From the NCBI GenBank assembly GCA_008632985.1, contig QPGO01000100.1, positions 62,001-112,711 of the forward strand: a stretch of 50,711 nucleotides of DNA. The letters run 5' to 3'. Source of the DNA: Psammoneis japonica. Its lineage: Eukaryota. The notes under the pieces are model-generated. The model ran no database searches, was not told where the DNA came from, and worked only from the letters and a program-made list of their open reading frames with translations. A program made the translations under genes and the position numbers. Positions 13,201-24,527 of the stretch are shown in pieces. How positions within the stretch are numbered: the first letter of the stretch is position 1; each line of letters opens with the position of its first letter.

Positions 13201-16200
13201 CAGAGTTTCAAGAACAACCAAAGCAGCTGTGCCAGTGAGGAAACACCACCAAATCTTGATCTTGTCAAGCCATGCAGATGGAGAGAAGAGGTGCCCAGAG
13301 GAGGGAGTCACAGCATTTGACTCAGCACACACCTTGCAATGATGGTGCTTGCTGTCAGTGTGACATTGCAAACAATGCCTGCCCCCCAATTCACCTGGAG
13401 CAGGCTGCAAACGAGTGGTGAGGGAAGAGGACATGACATGTGTCACAATGAAAGTGAGCATCAACGAGGTGTTGGTGGGGACACTTGCTGCACGGTGGTC
13501 TTTTGCCATGGTGGCAGCTGATTTTTTTTTGGTGTGATTCAGGTCATGTGTGGGAGGAAATCCGACCATTGAGTTCAAACTGAGCATTGAGTTCAAATTT
13601 TCATCAAACATGTGTCTTGAACAAAACACAAAGCCATTGGATGGTTGGTTGATTGCACAACGCACATGACATTTGCGTGACATGGGATTGTTGCCCACCA
13701 CACAGGATGCCCAGTGCAGAGCTTTCTATGCACAGCATGCAAAAAATGCCAAAAAAATCATGGACATCACAATGATTGATTGCGTTGGTGCATTGATGCC
13801 ACAGCAATCTTTTTGGTCCAAGACTGAACAAGCAGCATGACACCCCAAGATCTGCGGCTCACAACTGAACATCTGATGTGCTGTCATGAGAAATTTCTTA
13901 CACCCAATCAAGCAGATTTGCACCAAAGTTGCAAAGGAAAGGTGCAAGACAGCAGCACTGGCAGCCACAGTGCTGCCAGAGGATGACACCATTGCTGGGT
14001 CAAGTGCTCTGTCATTGTCAGCTGCTTCTGTTGTTTGCAAGAAACAGCTTTGTGCTTTTTGCCAGAGGTGCGCTTTCTCACCAACTTGGCTCTCTCTCAT
14101 CATGGTGTGGGTTCTCAGCTTGCACAAGGCCTTGGCGTTGTTTGCAGGTGTCTGTGTGGGACATGATTGGACCACAGCTCTGAGACTGGGGTCTCATTTC
14201 TGGTCAGGCATCATGATTTCATGAGTGTCTTGGAGATTTCTGGACTGTTGCATTGACCTCTCACCGCTTGGGTGGATTTGAGTGTGCTGGCAATGCTCTG
14301 GCAGCGTCGCTGGGCAAAGGAGGTGTGCTCATGTGACAACACATTTTGCAAGTTGTCAATGTGTGAACTCACTCAATGGTGCTTGCACTTTTGCAGGTCA
14401 CCACAAAATGAAACTCCTGGAAATGATGTGGCCCAGCTCCCTGCCCGAATCACCAAATCAAACCAACAATCGGAACAGATTTGTTGCGTTGTTCATCAAT
14501 GAAAGCTGGTTTGATCATTTGCAGAACAACCTCTGGTGCTTGGTGCATGACAAGATTTCCAGCACATTTGTTTGTCTCAGGATTGTCTGATGTGGGTGGG
14601 GCAACCTCATCAAGCAAATGACCTCAACCCATTTCTAGGTTGCTGGTTCAAGCACGTGATGTGCGGAAAAAGGGAGAGGGGTGCAAAAGACCCCAAACTC
14701 ATCCAACGACCAGCGAAGCTCTGCCATTGAGCTTGCCTTTTCACTGACACATTGGAGCCAATCAGAGCATCTGATCACATCACTTGGGTGTGCCACATGT
14801 GTTGCATTGCAGTGTTGCTGAGTGCTGGTGTTTGTGCCAGCACTGAGGGCTTTCCTGCTGGCAGGCTGGCATGCTTGCAAACGCTGGACGTTGTGCATCT
14901 CATTGCCTTGGCTGGCACACCAGGGCAAAATGACCATGTCTTCCACACTGGGCTTGCAACTGGAAGGTGTGATCAGCACTTCTGGGGGGGTCACACCATG
15001 GGTTTGTGCTTGTTCCAAGTGTTTTGCTTGGAGCTTTCTAATGTTGGCTCAATCGAGGGCATCAAAGCCATGCCCCCCCCCAAGCAGGGCTTTGGGGCCA
15101 CCCACTCCTGGTTCAAGGATTTGCACCCTCAGGAGTGGGTTTGCACCCCAGGGTCAGGGTTGGGTCAGGGAGCACTCCCTTCCTGAGTTGCAGGCTTGTC
15201 ATGTGGGTGGAAGCTTGCCTGTGGAGTTGGGGTCAACTGCAAAGCAGCCACTGCAGCAAATTGCACTTGTCAGCTTTGCCATTGAGAATGTTGGAGGTTT
15301 TTGTGCAGAACAGTTTGCAGGCTCCACTGTGTCATGACTGAATGCACTGGTGCCTGCTGGATGCTGTGTGTTGAGATGAGCAAGCTCCTTGCAAAAAGAA
15401 AGAGGAGAAATGGCATGCCCAAGGGACAAGGCAAGGCACCGGGGAAGGTTTGGTGCCAGAGCCCCTTCCGTTCATGATGACAATGGGCAAACGCATCTCT
15501 GAATTGGCCACCAGTGTCAGATCTGCATGATTTTTGTTGGCAATGATGTGCAGAGATGTGGGTTTGAGACTGACTCAAAACTTGGCACCACATGAGACTC
15601 CACTGTGCATCGTTGTAGACCAGAAATGGAATTTTTGAGTCAGAATCTGAGCCCAGAAAACTTGAATTGCGCAAAACATCACGCCTTCCTTTTCAAGAAA
15701 CATGGGTGCATGTGAACTCTGTTCAGCACCAGCCCAAGAAGTGCAAGGCTCAGGCGAGGACCCAGAGCAATTGATTTTGAGTGCTTTCTGAAGGCAAAAC
15801 TCCTGAATGATCTGCACACACCACATCTGAGCAGATTGTTTCAAAAGACAAAGGAACATCATACAAACCCATTGGTTGTGCCAATGAGACAGAAGCCAGA
15901 GCCACCCCAAGAAAGCCTCACTCCATTTCCTGTGAAGCACTTGTGAGATGGGGTTCCTGTTGGCAGGAGCACAAAGTCCAGAACAACATCACTGCAGCTC
16001 ATTGATTGAGTTGTCACACTCACAATTCTGCCTTGGATTCATGGCTGCAAACCCTGTGTGTTTTTCTGCACAAGCTCTGGCGCTGATGCTGCCTTTTTCA
16101 GACGGTGCAATGATGGTTCTCACCTGCCTGTTCAGACCTGTTCTTTTGTCAACATGTCTAATTTTGTGATCATTGGCAATGTCATGCAGTGGAAAATGAT

Positions 16201-19200
16201 TGGCATCAAAAACTCTTGGTTTGTTTGCTTGGCATTCTTCTCATTTTTTTTTGTTCTTGCACGCAAAGTTTTCACACAGGTTTCAGCACAAATTCTGCAA
16301 GTTCTGCAAATCATCTCAGATGGATGACTTGCCAAACTGCTGATTGCTTTTTCTCCACACCTCTCAAGTGTCAACGGCGCCACTTCTTCCTGCTGTCCAT
16401 TTGAGTTTCCTGCATCATGTGGTGAACGTTCTCCCATTGTTGCTGTTTTCAGAAGTTTGAAGGTGAGAACAACTCAGTGCATGTTGGCCATTCTTCCATG
16501 TGCCAACAAGTCTGTGTGAGCTTCAGCGCATTTTCTGTGTGTTTCAAAGGTCATTTTGGACAATCGACTTGCCAAATTGCCAACTTCTCTCGGTCCATGC
16601 CTCTCCAGCATCAATGACTCCCCTCTTCCCATTGTCTGCTCAAGTTCTCCAGTCCATCCTGTGAACAATCCTTTGTTGTTGTTGCTCCCAGAAGTGTGAA
16701 TTTGAGCCCAGTTTAGTGCCAGTTGGTGGTCAATTTGTGCCCCTTCCTTCTCATGTTGAAACTGTTCCAGACGGCCTGTTTTGCCTTTGCTGCCTGTCCT
16801 GATCCCAGGAAGATGGTCTGATTGAAACATTGAGTGCTTTTCTTTTAAAGTTTTGTCATGCTGGGTGTGTTTTTGATGTTGTCAGCTGTTTCTAGTGGGC
16901 ACCACAGCCTTGTGTGGCATCAATCTTGACTGATTGTCATGAGCCCCTGCCACATCACATGATGTGCTGGGGGTGTGGTTTGGCTTGTCACCAGAGTTGC
17001 AGGATGGAAGCACAGCGTCACACTCAAATGGTCTGAATTGCACAGCCAAGATTAAAAAGCTGCTTTTGAACCATGCAAAGAGGCAGACAATGTTTTTTTG
17101 TGCTGAAGCTTTTGATCCCAAGATTTTTCTGCACATGGCTTGGGATCAGCTCCAGAGAAACACACCAGGCCTTTCTTGCTCAAGAAAGGTTCAAATTTGG
17201 TCAAGGCTGCTTGGTTGGCTGTCTGTCATTGGATGTGCATCAGATGTTTCTGAGTGCTGTCCCTTGATGTCCAAGACTGCTCTGCGTCCTGCATTGTTGA
17301 CTCTGCAAATTGGCTGAAGGATGGGATGTTTTGGTGTTTGGACATTTGCTTTGACAATTGGAAGGACAGAAAACCAACAAATGTTGGAAGTCTGCACCAC
17401 ATCCACATTCATCACAATTGAAACAATTCAAAATGCAACCCTGTGATGTGGACACTCAATGAATGGCATTGTCATGCTGGTGGTGAAGTTGAAACAAAAA
17501 AGGCAAGGGCTCAAGTGTTTTTTGCCATTTCAACTTAAACTTGGAACAAGCAGCTCAGGGAACACATTTGTGGTGCACTGGGACTGCCGCAGCTCAGGGA
17601 ACACATTTGTGGCACACTGGGACTGCTGCACAAATCCCGCAGCGCTCGATGCTTGGGCACCCAGTGGGCTTCTCATCATGGGGTTGACATTGCTGCAGGT
17701 TGAAACATTGGTCACTGGAAGTGCCTTGCAGAGTTGCTGAAGTGTGTTGCCAAGGGAAACAAATTGCATCATCTTGCAAGCAAAGACAACCAAGACCCCT
17801 TTTTTGTGTTTTGGCTGTTCTTTTCCCAAAATGGTCATGACGGCCTTGGCCACCACTGCCAAACAAGCCAATGCAATGCGGTCAAGGGCACCAAAATGGC
17901 AACGTGTTTTTGTGTTTTTTTGTTTTGAACAATGCCAGCACACCATTTGCTTTGCAGTTCTCAGCTTTGTTTTGATGCGGACAATCTGAGTCTCACAATG
18001 TGAAGCACAAAGCCATTTTAGATGTGTGCCACTGGTTGCCTTTCTGAGTGGTTGGCGCCTTGATTTGCCAAGTCTCCTGTGCAATGACTGTTGTTGCACA
18101 CTCATCAGACACAAGCTTTTCCCAATCCAGTTTTTAAATTTGAGCTTCATCTTTAAGCTCACCACATTGTGATGACATTTTCACCTGCTTGAGATTGACA
18201 TTGCCTGGTGGTGATCCTAGTTTCTTGATCATCCAATGAGCCTTGTGATGCTGAGCAAGCTTGGGGTCCCCACCAACATTGTGCTTCTTCAACTCAGCAG
18301 ATGACCACCATCAGGTTGGAGAGTGCACTGTTTTTTGTTTCATCTGCCACCTCTTCTTGACATGTGTGGACTGCTGGCATCATGTTTCCTTTTCTGTTTT
18401 AAAAATGGCTCAGGAACAAAATTCTTCTTTTTGCCACCTCTTGGTGAAGTCAACATTGATGAAGGCAACCGGTGGCCAAGCAGCACACCACTGAATCCTG
18501 TGCTTGTTCTTGCCAGGGCAGAGCTGGCAGGCAAGATGGATCCTGGTCTGCCTGCACCTGACAAAACCCACAACAAGTCATTTCATCTTTCATGGCTTCT
18601 GTTGAAACAGAAACTAATTTGCCTGTGAAAGGATCTGCAAAGAAGAGCACTGTGTTGAAAAGAGCAGGCTTGCTCTGACACAATCGGCTGTGCAGACCAG
18701 CTGGCAACTCCAGGCCTGTCAACCGCACCATGTTTGTTGACACCATTCCTTGTCCCACTTTCCACTCTCTTGTTGCTGAAATTGCACCAAACAGCATGTC
18801 AGCAGGAGCTTGTGAGGGTGGATGGGGGCCAGCCAAAGCCATGTTGTCATTGTGCCCTGCAGTGTTGGCAGCTTTGGCTGTGTTGTCATCCAACTCTTTG
18901 GTTTGGCTCACACATCTGACATTTCAAAAGTCGGTGACACGACGAATGAAAGCATGAAAGCGCGCCTTTTGTCGTCATTGCTCTTTTGTGAAATCTGCCT
19001 CTCAGAGCTTGGACGGATTGATCTGGAGTTTGAGTCTTGTTGATCACCACAAAAAGCCTCTGCAGGCACCTGCACTGGAGACTTCATTGGCTGATTGAGG
19101 GCCTTGACCAACAATGATCGACCCACAGAAAGCTCCCTCCAAGTCAACAGAGAGCAGTGCACAGGGGGGGGGGGGAGCAATCTCTGCCAGCCAGAGAGCA

Positions 19201-19534
19201 GAGAGTGCCACAGACAGGTGGAACTCTGCCATCACCAGCAGGTCATCCATGCAAATGAACTGCCACATCACATTGCTTGGGGCTTGCGTGATGTCCACGT
19301 GGTGGTGCTCCACCCCCCCCAACGCCGCCACCATTTTTCCAATGCTCCCCAATTGTTTTGCCATTGACAGCAAAGCGTCAAGAAACACTGCACAGGGCAC
19401 AGGGGCGCATGGATTGCATGAGGGAAAATTGATTGGAAGTGGCATCATTTGAAGGCTTCTGAACGCAACATTAGAAACGAGTTCGTCGCAGCCGGAGCTG
19501 TTGGCTGCCACTAGCTAGCTATGGGGACACACAT

Positions 19535-20137
19535 GATAAATTTGACCAGTGGTCAAAATCTCGTGTAGAATGCTACACAGAGATCCTTGTACTACAAATG
19601 TTTAAGTTTAACGTCTTTCGACATAATTTAACGCATATGTATAACTTTTTATTCATGCCTTAGAAATGCATAAATGTGGCATGCGCTTTTCTTTATTTAA
19701 TTCAAATTATTCGTTAAAGACGTTAAACACGTGCAATTTTGTACTAAAAAACAATACAAAAGTTTACGTAAGTTAAACTTGTACCAGCCTAGAATTATGG
19801 TACAAAATGCACACACATTTCACATACATGATAAATTTGACCAGTGGTCAAAAATGTGTGTACATTTTGTACCATAATTCTTTGCTGGTAGAAGTTTCAC
19901 TTACGTAAACTTTTGTATCGATTTTTAGTACAAATTTGCAGGTCTTTAACGTCTTTAACGGATTATTTGAATTAAATAACGAAAAGCGCATGCCTTATTC
20001 ATACATCTACAAGGTATGCATAAAAGGTTATACAAAAACGTTAAATTATTTGAAAAGACGTTAAACTTAAACGTTTGTAGTACCAGGATATCTGTGTAGC
20101 ATTCTACACGAGATTTTGACCACTGGTCAAATTTATC
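19535..20137. repeat. AT-rich imperfect foldback (B) with ~285-bp arms and three copies of GATAAATTTGACCAGTGGTCAAAA; MITE-like
   Basis: 19535-19820 pairs with 19852-20137 at roughly 85% identity with essentially no indels. The dyad TTTGACCA-S-TGGTCAAA occurs at 19541, 19836 and 20115. Confidence 0.9.
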
Positions 20138-20346
20138 GAGCTCTTCCTAGCTAGCTTCGGGTCATGTTGTTTTGCGCGAACTGTCGAGCGACACTCCTGC
20201 TGTCTGCGCTCTGCGCTCCGCCCGCGGCCAGCGCGAATTAGAAACAACCACACCGAACAAAAAGGCGAAACCACAACAACCAACAGCGACCACCGCAGCA
20301 ACTTACCACCATTGCAATCCGCAGCTAAATATCAACTTTAAAGCTG

Positions 20347-20952
20347 TTGATGATGGAACCTGGCTTTTCTGATAGGAAAGGGGAGGGTATCTGTGAAGAA
20401 GGTGGCATCGACACACGTGACATTCGGGTTCGGTTTAACATCAACGAAGCGGAAGAGGACCGTCGTACTGAACGTGGAATCGAAGCTCGGCGGGAAAGGA
20501 AAGAGAACAAGAAGATGGCTGAACAGAATCGCGAGGGCCGCATCACGGCGACCTTGGCGATTATTCGAAGCAACGCTCGTTCAGCAAGTCTTGTGCGGTT
20601 GTGCCGTTCAGTACACCGTGTCGAAGTTCAACTCAATTTGTTTCTCGATGAGTTTGTTGGCCAGCACCAAACTATGAGACAACGGTTGGCTGCCTTTCGC
20701 GCCTTGTCACAGAACCAGTTCACAGACCTTACGCCAGAAATGGAAGTTTCTCTCATTGCGTTGCAAGGGGAGCCTTCTTTCTCCACGACGTTTTCTGCTT
20801 ATCTCCCATCTGCTGTTGTTACCTCTGAAGATTCGAACGAGGACAGCCCTACCCCTCGAGCAAGGCGTGCCAGAAGAAGGCGGCGCCGTCGGCAACGCCA
20901 ACAAACGCGACAAGATGCAGAGAACCAACGATGTGCTGCTCCGGAGTTTTGA
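20347..20952 (+). CDS. Hypothetical protein with charged N-terminal part and Arg-rich C-terminus
   Basis: ~200-codon ORF in CpG-rich, largely unmutated DNA downstream of a CAA-rich leader. No recognisable family. Confidence 0.4.
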   Translation: MMMEPGFSDRKGEGICEEGGIDTRDIRVRFNINEAEEDRRTERGIEARRERKENKKMAEQNREGRITATLAIIRSNARSASLVRLCRSVHRVEVQLNLFLDEFVGQHQTMRQRLAAFRALSQNQFTDLTPEMEVSLIALQGEPSFSTTFSAYLPSAVVTSEDSNEDSPTPRARRARRRRRRRQRQQTRQDAENQRCAAPEF

Positions 20953-22910
20953 GATCCTGCTTTTTCTGAATCAGCCGACCGGGTTCTTGTGTCCATGATG
21001 TTGGCTCCCTGCTTTTGTGGGTTGCAGTTACTCTTCCCAGACCGCAAAAAGGAGAGCGATTTCTCTTCTAATTCTTTCTTTAGCAATCAAATTCTTGATT
21101 TGTACAGTTTTTTATCATAAACGAGAAACGTTGATGAACTTCCTTTAGTATAATGTTCGTTGGATACGCTATAACCTAGAACTTAATTTAATTGGAAAGA
21201 TGAGCTACTAGCCAGGTTTCATGTTCTTGTTGACTGATCTTGGACTCTCTGTGCTTAGTCGACGTTCGAAAGTCATAAAACTAGAAGTCACCAACAACAA
21301 CAATCTGCGCTGCATCCCCTGCCATGACATGAACCATCAGGCTCAACGGCCATCCAGGTCACAACGGTCGATCGCGGTTGTCGGTCACGCCCGCGGCGCG
21401 CCTGCCACAAAATAAAAAATAAAAAGAGGTAAGCCACCACCACCTCCTGTCCTTCGTTCGCCGAAAGGCCCTACACATATATACACATACATTATCCCGG
21501 GAATACAACCCATGTTGTATTCCGTAGTATTTCTCCGTTGTATTCTACACATTGTACTGACCGTTACCCCACTTCAGCGACCGTATCTTCCGTGTTCTTG
21601 TGGAGGAAGCACGGGAATTTTTCCCGTGTCGAAACAACTGGGTTGTTGCATGGTACGTCGCGTTTTTGATAGATTTATGCAACAACACAACCGAGACCAT
21701 GCCGTCTAAAAAGTGTTACAAGCCAACCTTGATAGCACTCACGTTATTTCTTGGCGGGGTGACTTGTCAATGTGAACAAGACTTCACCAACCAGAGGCCA
21801 TTCAAACAACCCCCAACGATGTCGTGGTGGATGGGTCTAAAGGCGTATGGAACGCCCGAACCAGGCGACAACAGCTTGCCCATGCAAGCAAGGTCAAATT
21901 GGTTGGAACACTGGAGGAAGCCGATTTCCAGCTACATGTCAAACCGGTTGGTGCCGTGGAATGTTCTGTCAAATCAAGGCAACCCGACACGATCAACTGA
22001 CGTAAAAAACCCCGTGCCATGTTTAACATTCATATTTAATATTCTTGTTACATGTAGTGCGTGTCTAGGGCTTCATTCTTCCTTGTTCAATCCACAACAT
22101 CGCTGGAGCGCCCCTTCCAATTGAAGCATCATTTCTGTGCGCACGGCATCCAATAAATCCATCTGCACAGAATGGAATTTTGCACAACAAAACCAAGCCT
22201 CTTGGATTCCTTGTACAATTTCCATTGACAATGAAACAAGAATCGCGAAAATCGGCCCAAGGGATGTTGAGATGTCACCGCCACCAACTCTTTGCCATAA
22301 ATTCCAGTGGCAGCTCAATTTTGATCATTCAACGATGAGTTCCGAAGAGAAAGTCAGCACCACAAAAACCCAAGCCCCGTGGACACCTTACAGCACATGC
22401 GTCAAAATGATGACAAGAAGTGAGAAACAACGCCAAAGGTGCCACAGTGTGTCACAAAAATCCGTCATGTTGATGCTGCATTCTCACAATTTCTGCACTG
22501 CACCTTCAGCGACAAATCCGCCTCGACGGATTGAACTCAACGCCAGCACCACCAGCCCATCATGTCACTTGCACAAAAGCTCCGAGTGCTGCGAAAAGAA
22601 ATGGGAAAATGCGGCAAAAATGGACATGGACATCAGCGACGCAAGGGAGGCCATTGTCGCGATCGTTTTCTTTTTTGGTTGTCTTCGCAGCTGCGCATCT
22701 TGGATGGTGCTGCAGGTTGATGTAGCGGAAGTCGGTGTCTGTGCTTTCCTGGTGACCCTGTAGAAGAAGCACCAGACCCTGCGCAGTTGCACCCAGGGTT
22801 GTGTGTTCTTTCCGTCTGCCTCCACAGTGCACGGGTGCTCCACCGGGCAGCCAGCCGTGCCATGCCAAACACCAGCACTTTATGCCCCACAACAACAACA
22901 TGCAAGATGA

Positions 22911-23336
22911 GAGGGATTTGCCCAAGGATGCCCTCTCAGCCCTGTCTTCGCCAGCCTGGTCCTCTCTCTGGTTCTTTGTCTGATCAACCAAGAACTTCAA
23001 GAACGAATCCCTGGCCGTTCCTCTGTCTCAGTTGGCTCCCACATTGATGATGCTCGCGCTTTCCTTCCCCATTCCGCACTCCCATGCTTCCTTGAACGCT
23101 TCTCTGCCCTCGGCGCTCCCTGCGGGATCTCCCTCAACCTCCGTAAAACCAAAATCCTCACCTCCATCACAGGTGTTAGCCCCATCCCTGCTCTTCCCCC
23201 TTCTCGTGCCGATCCTCTCCGTGCTGCACTTTCCTTCTTAAACCCTGCCAATGACCCCTCCTGCAGCCCCGAACTCACCTCTGGTGTTCGCTTCCTTGGA
23301 CAGCCCCTTGGCTCCCACGACTTTGCCACCTCCTTC
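22911..23336 (+). mobile_element. CRE-clade non-LTR retrotransposon, RT fragment (5'-truncated, part 1)
   Basis: EGFAQGCPLSP, SHIDD (YxDD with TAC>CAC at 23040), GISLNLRKTKIL, GVRFLGQPLGS, all in one frame. Confidence 0.85.
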
Positions 23337-24522
23337 TACGGACGGAACAAACAGGTGTCAGACACCAGTTTCCTGGCATTTTTCTGCTAAAATGGTCACA
23401 TGGAAATTTCGCGCAATTTCAAAAAAAAGATGAGGTTGAATCGAAAAATGCAACAGACACTCACAAAAGTGCGACGCAACACGAGAAGCGACAATGGCGT
23501 CCACAAGGGGATGAAAACAACATCCACACTAATTTTGGGCATGCGCACATGACAACGTGAACGCACTTGATTTGAGGTGGTGCGGGTGCAAAAGTGGGCC
23601 AGATTCTACGCACGTAGAGCTTAGCATGTTTTCTGCACAAATCGCCAAAGTCGGCTCGCCAACTTGAACCCTCTCCAGGACGATGGAAACTTGGACATTT
23701 CACATGACAAAGTGTTTTGACTGCTGTGTTGCACTCTCCTCGACTTGTTTGGGGAGAGAAGTTACAAGTTTTCACAGGTTTCTGAGGACACACAACGAAT
23801 CTAATCAGAAAGGTGCCGAAATCGCGACGTTCGAGTTTTAAAGAGCCACACAAAACGAGAAACCCATGGAAACTTGCAACTTCTCTTCACAAACAAGTCG
23901 AGGGGAGTGTAATTGAGTGGTCCAAACACTTTGTCATGTGAAATGTCCAAGTTTCCATCGTCCTGGAGAGGGTTCAAGTTGGCGAGCCGACTTTGGCGAT
24001 TTGTGTAGAAAACATGCCAAGCTCTACGTGCGTAGAATCTGGCCCACTTTTGCACCCGCACCACCTGAATGACACACCATTTGGCTCACTCGTGCTTGTC
24101 TAAGTGCTCCAATCGACCATTCAAGATGACACCATTGTCATCAACATTCCGTACAGTTGCTGCGCGCAATTCACGTAGAAAATTGTAGAAACAGCTGGTG
24201 ACAACAACGCCCTGAATTCAGCTGCAACCCACATCCACGGTCGATGTGGGCACATGTCTGTGCTTGTCACTGACCAAACAACATGTGTGGTGCATTTGTT
24301 GCATGCAAATTGATCAATGGCATCACCGGTGGCACGCCATTGTCAGCATCGAATGCCGCACAAAAAGCACGGGGACGACAGAAATCGACTCTTCTGTCGC
24401 ATTTGTCTGTCTGTCACCCGTTTGTCTCGTAGAATCTACGTGAAAGTTCCCATGCTTTGCGTCTGTCCATGCTTCATCTGACACCTGTTTGTTCCTCTGA
24501 CAACCGTTTGTTCCACGCTCAG
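23337..24522. mobile_element. 1186-bp non-autonomous insertion with subterminal inverted repeats, 5-bp flanking direct repeat and central foldback (C)
   Basis: CCTTC at 23332-23336 and 24523-24527. A perfect 19-bp IR GGAACAAACAGGTGTCAGA lies at 23344-23362 and 24477-24495, with a degenerate extra copy at 24496-24514. Removing the insert restores the LINE frame (GSHDFATSF-LSDTSSALSDKVDMLLTRL). Confidence 0.85.
23575..24066. repeat. Long inverted repeat (foldback C): ~210-bp arms, ~75-bp loop
   Basis: 23575-23784 is the reverse complement of 23859-24066. Many of the mismatches are TA vs TG or CA vs TG. Confidence 0.92.
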
Positions 24523-24527
24523 CCTTC

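Noticed and set aside
5300..19490. Fungal-type RIP or an alternative genetic code as the explanation
   Set aside because: RIP increases TpA, whereas here it is lost. Adjacent intact genes use TAY, TAA and TAG normally, and non-coding sites such as splice donors and palindrome arms are also changed.
4929..20137. Foldbacks A and B as the two ends of one giant element
   Set aside because: They share no alignable sequence, no common target duplication is visible, and assembly gaps at 5254 and 10173-10243 make contiguity uncertain.
21600..22763. ORFs of 174 and 208 aa with a faint HMG-box-like PRGHLTA stretch in another frame
   Set aside because: Similarity is too short and interrupted by stops.
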